A stretch of 64,000 nucleotides of DNA. Origin: Octopus sinensis (taxonomy: Eukaryota). The notes beneath the pieces are model-generated. The model was not told where the DNA came from and did not search any database. It saw only the letters and a list, made by a program, of their open reading frames with translations. The DNA lies in contig NC_043011.1 in assembly GCF_006345805.1 (NCBI RefSeq), forward strand, positions 25,432,464 through 25,496,463, given 5' to 3'. The translations under genes were made by a program, and so were the position numbers. Shown here piece by piece: positions 54,123 to 64,000 of the stretch (position 1 is the stretch's first letter; every line of letters begins with the position of its first letter).

Positions 54123-57100
54123 TTAAAGAAAAAAGAGAGAAATGAAGAAAGAAATTATACAATCATAAAATTAAAGAAAAAAAACATCATTTACTCAAAA
54201 GAGTGGCAACACCTATGCTTTTGCAGGCTCACCTAGATTAGAGAAGTCACTGTAGTTAATAGTTGATGCTCAGTTTGAATATCTGTGGTAAAACAAGCAG
54301 ACAGGGCTGCAGTTTTGCAAAGAAAGGATTAAGAATTGTGTTTACTCTGTGAGGGGTTTACATAAGTGAGACACAGTAGAAATGATGATAGAAGAAGAGA
54401 AGTAGGTATATAGAGGGTTGGGTTTAGATAGAGGCAGCAAAGGAACAGAAATCAATAAAGAAGTGGTAGAAGAAACTGTGTATCTGCAGGTTAGTGATTG
54501 TGTCAATGAGAAGATCTTTGTCATTTAGCTGGGAGACATGAGGTTTATTCCAGAAATGCTGAGACTTTTTTCTTAGGAGAGGCAGTTATAACTGTCTTAG
54601 ATTATTGTAGTTTAAGTACATCATTGCTATACATCTAATAAGCTGATCTGCCAGCTTTTGAGCTAAACACTGCTTCTCGTAGCTGACTAGTTTGCAGAAT
54701 GCAGTTAGGACATGGGGACAATTTAGAAGTTTGCTATGTAATAAAGTCTTGTGTTGACCTGGGCAAATATACTACAGAAACTTATGAAATGCTCCTGACT
54801 GCTTATGGATTAACTTGTATGAGTTGCACATTTTCTTTTTGCTGACACAAGGGGCCTGGTGAAGCAAGTCCAGCAGGAAGCTCATGATGATCCCCATTTT
54901 CAACAGCAAAGGCATCATCTACATCCACTGGGTTCCTCAGGCCAGACAGTCAATAAAGAGTAGTCTGTGGAGGTTTTGAAGGAGTTCAGGAAGAGATTTC
55001 ATTGCAAAAGGGCAGGGCTCTTTCACTCAGGTCAGTGGCACCAGCACATCAGTTCACATTTCCATCCTGGTAACCAACTACTTGACAGATATAAGTATGA
55101 AAACTCTCCCTAAAGTCCAGACCTTGCTCCCTGAGATTTTGGTTGTTCCTCAAGCTGAAGGAGAAGATGATAGAGGCAGTGAGAAGGGTCCTAGACACCT
55201 TCAATTTGGAAGACTTCCATGGGGTCTTAATGAAGTGACTGGAGTATTTCAACAAGTGCATTAAGTCAGAAGATTCTACTTTGACGGTGATTAGATTTTT
55301 GTACTTCTTTGAAATTAATAAATGTCTCTCCTGAAAAAAGTTTAAAAACTTCTGGAATGCACCTTGTAATTTTTGTAATTTCAAAGCTGTTTATTGTGCA
55401 TGTGTGGTCAATGCAGCTTCAAAGAGAGTCAGCAACAGATTATGGCTGAAGTATTTTTGAGTCATGAAAAGAAATCCTAAACTTTGGGTGGAATTTTGTT
55501 AACCGTTTCAAATAAATTTTTTATCATTTTACTTGTTTCAGTCATTGGACAGCAGTCATACTGGGGCACTCCCTTAAAAGGTTTAGTTGAACTTATTTTT
55601 AAGGCTTAATTCTATAAGATTTTTTTCCCTGAACTGCTAACTAATGTGGATGTAACAAACCAACACTAACACAAAGACACACACACACATACATATATAA
55701 GAAAAAAGGGATATAAAAAAAAATCAAGGCAGATATCAATAAAGCACTTAGTTTTAAAAGAATTTAGTTAACTATGTTCAACAACCAGATGTCACTAAAT
55801 GTAAGTAGAATACACATCCATAGTAAATCCTCATGTATAGTGGGTTGGCCTAAAAGACTGGTTTTTGCTGATATGACAGGAAGGTGGTGGAAACCTGCAG
55901 GAAGATATGAGCTGTGTATGGGGAGGATGCATTACAGAACATGTGCTGGAAGTGGTTTCAAGATTTTGATTGTGAAATTTTTTGGTTCAAAATGCACCTT
56001 GTTCTGGTCTATCAACTGATATTTACAGCAACACCCCCATTATATAACCAGGATGATTGCAGATATTCCCCAAATATCCAAACTGAGAGTTGAAAAACTA
56101 TCTACATCAATTTGGTTATGTTAGCAGGCTCTATATTTGGGTCCCACATCAATTGGATGAGACTGACCATACCCAACAGATTTCCATCTGTGATTTATTG
56201 CAGAAACATGAAGTAAATGATCCACTTTTGAGGAGAATGGTGACAGCAGATGGAAAATAGATCGTCTGTAACAATGTGAAGCACAAATGATCATGGGGAA
56301 AGTGCAGTTAACCACCACAAACAACTTCCAGAGCAGGACTTCACTCATAGAATGTTATGCTTTCAATTTGGTGGGATTGTAAGGGTGTTGTCTTTTATGA
56401 GCTTCTTCCCATGAACAGGACCACTAATACAAATGTGTACCAGCTGGACAAATTAAATGCAGCTATTCACCAGACGTATCCAGTACTTGCTAATTGTGAA
56501 GGCATTATCTTTCATCATGACAATGCCGGACTGCACAGTGACACTCTTTTCTATGAACCAGACACATGAAGAGAACTAAAAAGATACAGCAGAATGTACA
56601 AGCCTCCATCAATAACTGCCAGACATATTCTTCATATTACAGGATAAGAAATGAAGATCTCCGACAGAAGGTTGGGTGGGCAGATGCCAGTGGAAGAACA
56701 GATCCTGAAGCACAAGTGGGATTGGATAACCCACACCTTAAGGAAATCAAAATCCTGCATTACACATTAAGCTCTGATCTGGAAGCCACAAGGGAGGCAG
56801 AAGAGAGGATGCTCTAAAAATAGTTGTAGGTAGAACTGAAGAAGCAGGAATCCAACTGGAGAGAAGCAAAAAAGACAATCGAGAGTTGAGAACAGTGGAG
56901 AAAAGTTGTCAATGGTCTATGCACCATGGGGGGGACAAAGGGCTTAAGCAGCAGCAACAGTAGTAGTAGTAGCAGCACTAGTAGTAGTACATCCACACAC
57001 ACAATTTCCATACTTTGTTCCTGTCATCATGCTGCTATGTGAGTACCCCATGGCACTATAGATGATTGAGATAATGCTAAATAGATTTGTCAAGCCCATG

Positions 57101-60015
57101 ACAGCACGGAAAGCAGACATTAAATGATGATGAGATTTTTTTCATTTAAGATATAATGCATCTAGGGACTATATGATTCCAGATATACATTTCTTTACAT
57201 TTTTAAGTTAGTAAAGTGTGAATGGAAGAAAATGCAGCTGCTATTTCTAGCAGTTCAAGAATGGAGGCCCTGATATTGGATCATTCTTAGGATGTACACA
57301 CATTTGTCTGCTCTTACCATATCATATGCAACATATCAGCTGCATGCACCTGTCTGTTCTTAACTAATGTATGCAACTAATATTTCCGGAATTTTGGCAA
57401 CATTTAATTACAGGCTTAATAAACTTCAACTGAGTTGAAGGCTACAGGAAACATTTATTATATAAAGCTTACGTATATCATCATCATCACTATCATCTTT
57501 CAACATGTTTTCTATGCTGGTATAGGTGGGACAGTTTAATAGGAACTGACAAATCAGACTGCGCCAAACTCCAATGTCTGTTTTGGTATGGTTTCTATGG
57601 CAGGATACCCTTCCTAATACCAACCACTTTACAGCGAGTACTGAGTGCTTTTTACATGACATTAGCAGTAATTAGATCACCAAGTAAGCACAAACACACA
57701 CAGACCTAAACTTCAGCAAGTCGTTTTCTTCAGGTAATGTGATTAGTTTCCCTCTGACTATCCATTCCATGACTTTGCTGATGTGTGGAGTCAGAGAGAT
57801 AGGCCTATAACTTTTGGCATCTGTTCTGCTTCCTCCTTTATGGATTAGGCATATTATTCCCTCCTTCAGTTTGCTTGGCAGCCTGCCATTTGCAAGAAAG
57901 CTCTGGAAGAGAATCTGCAGTGGTTTCGTGAGGGAAAGCTTACACAATTTGAGGAGGATTGCTGGGAAACCATTCAGGACCAGCAGTTGAGTTTGCGTCC
58001 ATCTCATCTATGGCTAGTAGTGTATCTTCTTCACTAATGCTGATGTAATCCATCGTAACTGCCTCAATGGCTATAGATGAGGCAGCAACAAAATCCACTG
58101 GTTCATTCACTTGTCTGTGCTCCAACAGGGTGGTAAAGAAACTTTTGAACTGGTCATTCAAGACCTCACTAATCTTGGTTGGACTATCTGTGAGGGAGCT
58201 TTCCTTTTGGAAGAGGGGACCAATTTTGCAGTGTACTGAGGCTGTTTCTTTGGCATAATGAAAGAAGGCCTTTGGGTTTCACTTAATGTTTTTTTATAAC
58301 CCAGGCTTCTTTGTATGCTCTCTCCCTCACATAGGATTGTTGCAAATGACTGAAACAAGTGAAAGAATAAAAGAATATATTACATATATATATATATATA
58401 TAATATATTCTTTTATTCTTAATTTGGTCTGTTTGATTAACATTTTTGCCAATTACATTTTACTATTTTTGGGTGCTACACATACACTGCTTTTTCCTTA
58501 GGAATATTTCTATTGTGTAAACTGATAATTTTCCACCATGCCCCGAGGCAAAAGATCCAATATAGGTTGGCAAACAAATGCTGCAAAGAAAAGTAAACAT
58601 ATGTGTGAAATGAATCTGTGAAGGATGCCACCAGGAGGAACTCTCTCAATGCATTTAGGATGGCTTCAGTGCGAAGAAGGGAAAATGAAGAGCAGCGTTG
58701 TGATCGGTTAACACATATTGTTGTGCAATGAGCTTACCCGAGCAATGAGCAACGTCCAGCACACCAAATAAGAAATGCTTCCTCTACTGTTGCTGCACGA
58801 GCTTCAGAGACTGCAACACAATGCACAGATCAACTTACAAGAGATGCTTCCTCAACTGCTGTTGCATGAGCTGCAGCACAACGTGCAGATCAACTTACAA
58901 AAGATGCTGCAGTGGGTGCTAAAGAGACTACAGAGTAAAGACAACAATGGATGTTGCTCTATGCGGCAAACAGGCAAACATCAGGTAACCATACTCTTGT
59001 CACCTTATTTATTTCATTAGCATAATCTTCACAGTATGCTCTCCATTAAGTGTCCCCAATTGTGAGGTAGGCAACAGATACTACACTTTCCATCTTTTTT
59101 GCACAGGCCACATGTCAAATTTTTTGTTCAGATAATGTTGTATGTACAACCTAGCGAAACAGCAGGTAAACATTCTGTTTCTCTTTATGTCATATCTTTG
59201 GCTCAACCTTTCCATCTGCTAAACAGCACATGTCAGCAGTTATGTGGTAAGGAAAATAATTCAATTACTGCTGGTTTTTTACAGATCAACCTACTCTCCC
59301 AATGGAAAACAATGACAAGAGTGTGGGTGTATGATTGCATGTTCATATTGTGCTAAATAAATCAAACAATGCAGGGAACATCTGCCATTATGATTTCTTT
59401 CATTCAGTTCAGAGGTGCATCTGTGAATGGTCTAATAACCAAACAGGCATACTTAAACAGCCCCGGGCAATGCCGTGTACACCTGCTAGTATATATAAAG
59501 ATGAGAATGTGTGTCTGTCTAATCTGTCTGTGTGAATCCCTAAAACTCGAGAACTACACAACCAATTTCATTCAAATTTTACACATGCCTTACCTAAGGT
59601 CCATGCAGTGTCATGGGTCAAAATAATTTTCAACTTCTTGCCTAATGCGAGCCCTGAGCAATCTCTTATCTCTTACACTATTCAGTATTATGTGTCAAAA
59701 GTGAAATAGTAACATCTCTCTATTGTAATGTAAGATACTTTCACTTTAACAGTTTCACTATTCATACTGACAGTGTTAAAGTGAAATTAATGTCACATAT
59801 ATTATATGTATAGATGTGTAGTATAGATGTGTAGTATACATGTATATGTATACATGTGTATATATGTATATAGATGTATATGTAATATGTACACCTGTAT
59901 ATATGCATACATATATATATATATATACACACATACAAATATACAAACATACATTTATACATATATACGTATATATACACACATACAAATATACAAACAT
60001 ACATTTATACATATA

Positions 60016-60063
<48 letters not shown>

Positions 60064-60547
60064 TAAATATATACACACACACACACACCACACACATATA
60101 TATGTACGTACATAGGTGCAGGTGTGGCTGTGTGGTAACAAACTTGGTTCCAAAGCACACTGTCCTGGGTTTAGTCCTACTGTGTGGTAACATGGCATGT
60201 GTCTTCTGCTATAGTTTCAGACCAACCAAAGCCTTGTGAGTGGATTTGTTAGGCAGAAACTGAGAGAAATCCATCGTATATATATGTATATATGTAAGTG
60301 TATGTGTGTGTCTTTGTGTTTCTCCCTCATCACTGCTTGATAACTAGTGTTGGTTTATTTACATCCCCATAACTTACTGGTTTTAGAAGAGACCGATAGA
60401 ATAATTACCAGGCTTTTCAAAATATAAAAAAACGCACTGGGGCCCATTCATTTGACAAAAAATTCTTCACTGCCTTGAAGACCCTCATACTTTTGCTTGC
60501 CCACTCAATTGTATCTATCCATCTATCTTTCTGTGTGTGTATGTGTG

Positions 60548-60598
<51 letters not shown>

Positions 60599-62457
60599 CC
60601 AGGTAGCTGCTCTGGCAACGATCACACTCGGATGGTTCTCTCGGCACCCTACTAGCACGGGCACAAGTGCCAATAAGGCGACGCTAGTAACAATCACACT
60701 CGAATGGTGCCTTTTATGTGCCACTGGCATGGAAGCCAGTTAGCCGCTCTGTCAACGATCACACTCGTATGCTGCTCTTTGCACCCCGCTATATATATAA
60801 AATACACACACACATACATATATACATGTATGTATATGTGCATATATCTATTATATAAAAGTCAATGTCTTTATGTGTGTTACTTATAGAATCGAAAACT
60901 ACTGCACTGATCCTAATGAAATTTGGGACACAAAATCCAAGCTTAGGGAGAAGGGTAATGCCGTATGTTTCATACAATTGTAGTCTTGGAAGCTGTAGAG
61001 TCACCTGAGCATACAAGATGAGCGTTATTTGTAATTCAATGGTACAACAGTGTAAGAGTTTGCTTTGAGATATATTTAGATTGTGATTTCTGCAATGTGG
61101 TGCATAAATTGTCGAGTAAAGGAGCGGCATCTTTGCCTCAACTGATTCAGTTGCAAAGTGTTATTTTGAGTAAAGTTATTTGGTTGCAGACCTCCTTTGA
61201 GTCTTTTTATTATCACTGGGTCAGAGATAGTCCCCAGATAGTAACATTGATTTCAAGGCCTTTGCAGATAAATGATTGGTCATTCAAAGAGATTTATAGA
61301 TTGTAAATTTATTCTGTTCAGTTACCTATCGGTATAGTGATCATTGGCAAACTCTAGAGGTGACACTTTCATTTCACCTTAACTCTCACGTTACACAGCT
61401 GTTAATGTTTATTTGAGTTGGGTCACGCCCTTCCTATTGCTATAGATCCATTATGCATTTTACAGCTGTACCGGGTCACCTGTATGGTGAGGAATCCTAC
61501 ATTAGGGTAATGACCAGGGTAGGGTAGCTGAGTGCTTATTGTGATCATTTGTCTTTTGCTTTCCTCTACCATTGCTCTCTTTTATAAACCCAATGAACAT
61601 TGATAAGACACAAGTTAAAAAAGATTCCCAACAATTCAACTTCTCTGGTTCACTTTAAGACCCTGCCCCCTTATAAGGGCCTTAACTCCCACATTTTAGA
61701 GCTCCATGTGCTCTATGCGCTCCATTTTTCAGAAGCAAAAACCTTTGAATAGGTTATATAAGATTTGAATTTTGGAAGCTGGGGATAAAGATGGTAGTGT
61801 GGTATAAATATGTCATGATTAGAATTTTTGTTAGGGTGTGTAAAGAGGGAGAGAACCTCCATTAAAATTCTTAATCTCCAATTTTTATGAAATTCGAATC
61901 ATAGGTATTCCAGTTCATTAGAGAAAATATAAGAGAAAAGTCTAATTTTTCAATTCCATGTGACACGGGCAACACTGGGTGTCTTTGCTAGTCTATATAT
62001 AAAGATAATGTGATTGTGTGTGTTTGTCTGTGTGAATCCCTAAAACTCGAGAACTACACAACTGATTCCATTCAAATTTTACACATGCCTTACTTAGGGT
62101 CTATACAGTGTCATGGGCCAAAGAAGAATTTTCAACTTCTTACCTAATATGAGCCCAGAGCAATCTCTTATATCTTACAGTATTTCAGTATTACATGTCA
62201 AAAGTGAAATAATATCTCTCTATTGTAATGTGAGATGCTTTCAGTTTAATACTTTCATTATTGATACTGAAACTATTATCTCACATATATACACGCATAC
62301 ATACATACATATATATATATGTGTGCCCCAGCATGCCGCGGCCTTCGGGCTAAAACATTTTAAAGGATCTATATATATATACATCTGCACATATGTATAT
62401 ATATATATATATATATATAAATGTAGATGTATATATCTCACATGTATACACGCATAG

Positions 62458-62500
<43 letters not shown>

Positions 62501-62612
62501 GTATATATATATATATATATATATATAATGTATATATATATATGTATGTATACATCTGCACATATGTATATATATATGTATGTATACATCTGCACATATG
62601 TATATATATAAA

Positions 62613-62656
<44 letters not shown>

Positions 62657-63678
62657 CTATGTTTATATATGTAATATACATATATATGTATGTAAGTATG
62701 CATATATATATGTGATATAATAGTTTCACTTAAATAATAGTGAGACTATATAAACTGAAAGTATCTCACATTACAATAGAGAGATGTTATTGTTTCACTT
62801 TTGACATGTAATACTGAAATAGTGTAAGAGATAAGAAATTGCTCTGGGATTGCATTAGGCAAGATAGTTAAAAAAAATAAGATCCCCCAAGGTCAGAGAA
62901 CTCGAGTTAGGGAGAGCAACCATCAGTTGGAGAACGGACAGCTAGTCAGGGCCACAAACAGGCAGCTAATACAGACAAACGGTCAGAGGGGGAAAGAAGT
63001 TTACAATCAGCAACTATAAGACCCAACTTCTCTCGACTCTACAACTTTCACTAGCTCAATTTCTTTTTTACAACATAATTCTATATGAATATGTACACAA
63101 ACTATACAAGGAAAATCTATCTTTACTTCGCATACTTTTCTATTTACTAATTAAACATACCAAGCCGTCGTGGTTTGGGATTTTTTTGACAATGTAACGA
63201 TAAATAAATATTTTCTTCACAACTTCAATCACTGTTCTTTCATCTTTACATAATGGCAATCAACGAAGAACCAATCCTTACAAACTGATTACCACTCCGA
63301 CGTTCCATACTATTGTTTACAAATTAATTTCAAGCGATACAAAAAAACTTCTACCGTTACGTATAAATACACACACACACACATATATACACAAGAATTA
63401 GATTCAAGTTAAAATGCTAAGATCAAGAAAGAGAATAAATTTTATATTTTCACTCATTTGTTTCAATCATTTTGACTGCGGCCATGCTGGAGCATCGCCT
63501 TTAAGTCGAGCAAATCGACCCAAGAACTTATTCTTTGTCAGCCTAGTACTTATTCTATCGATCTCTTTTGCCGAACTGCTAGGTTACGGAGACGTAAATA
63601 CACCAGCATCGGTTGTCAAGCGATGTTGGGTGGGTGGGGGGACAAACACAGACACACAAACATATACACACACACACG

Positions 63679-63717
<39 letters not shown>

Positions 63718-64000
63718 CACAACGAGCTTTCAGCTTCCGTCTACCAAATCCACACACAAGGCTTTAATCCCCCACCCCATAAATCCTAAAATTTTCACTC
63801 TTTTTCGAAGACTGTGCTTTGAAATCATGGTGTTAAAATACAGATAGTTCAAATCCGCAATTTGCTTCTATTTATATGGCGGAAACCTGAATCAAACAAT
63901 ATTTTGCGAAAATTCCCCAAAATAAAATAAGTTATCAAGGGTTGTATGGTGTGCTTGGATCAGACTTCCATGGAAAATAATTTTGGAACCGTTGTTTTGT

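Overview
AT-rich, microsatellite- and transposon-dense animal DNA. The SINE/RTE/microsatellite landscape looks like an octopus (coleoid cephalopod) genome; this is inference. The only clear host gene is cytosolic aspartate aminotransferase (GOT1-like, + strand): six GT-AG exons from ATG 12621 to the PLP-lysine exon ending at 36513; the C-terminal exons are absent. From about 15115 to the window end the sequence is one giant palindrome folded at about 39546, inside the second of two tandem 1.4-kb LTR-like units. The arms differ mainly by 1-bp indels, so this is probably a fold-back assembly artefact. Most interesting is a set of type I hammerhead ribozyme motifs: two degenerate ones attached to Penelope-like (GIY-YIG/RT) remnants, one near-intact motif on the sense strand of GOT1 intron 3, and two within a ~490-bp element with a tRNA-like Pol III head, a hammerhead tail, an inverted copy of that tail and a 13-bp target-site duplication (candidate Penelope-mobilised ribozyme SINE). 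The 1.4-kb LTR-like unit carries a CCAAT/E2F/TATA promoter followed directly by an array of covarying RNA hairpins. Also present: RTE and CR1-like LINE fragments, mariner remnants, hAT and piggyBac MITEs, chained Helitrons, a solo LTR and many SINEs. Most ORFs in the supplied track are microsatellite noise.
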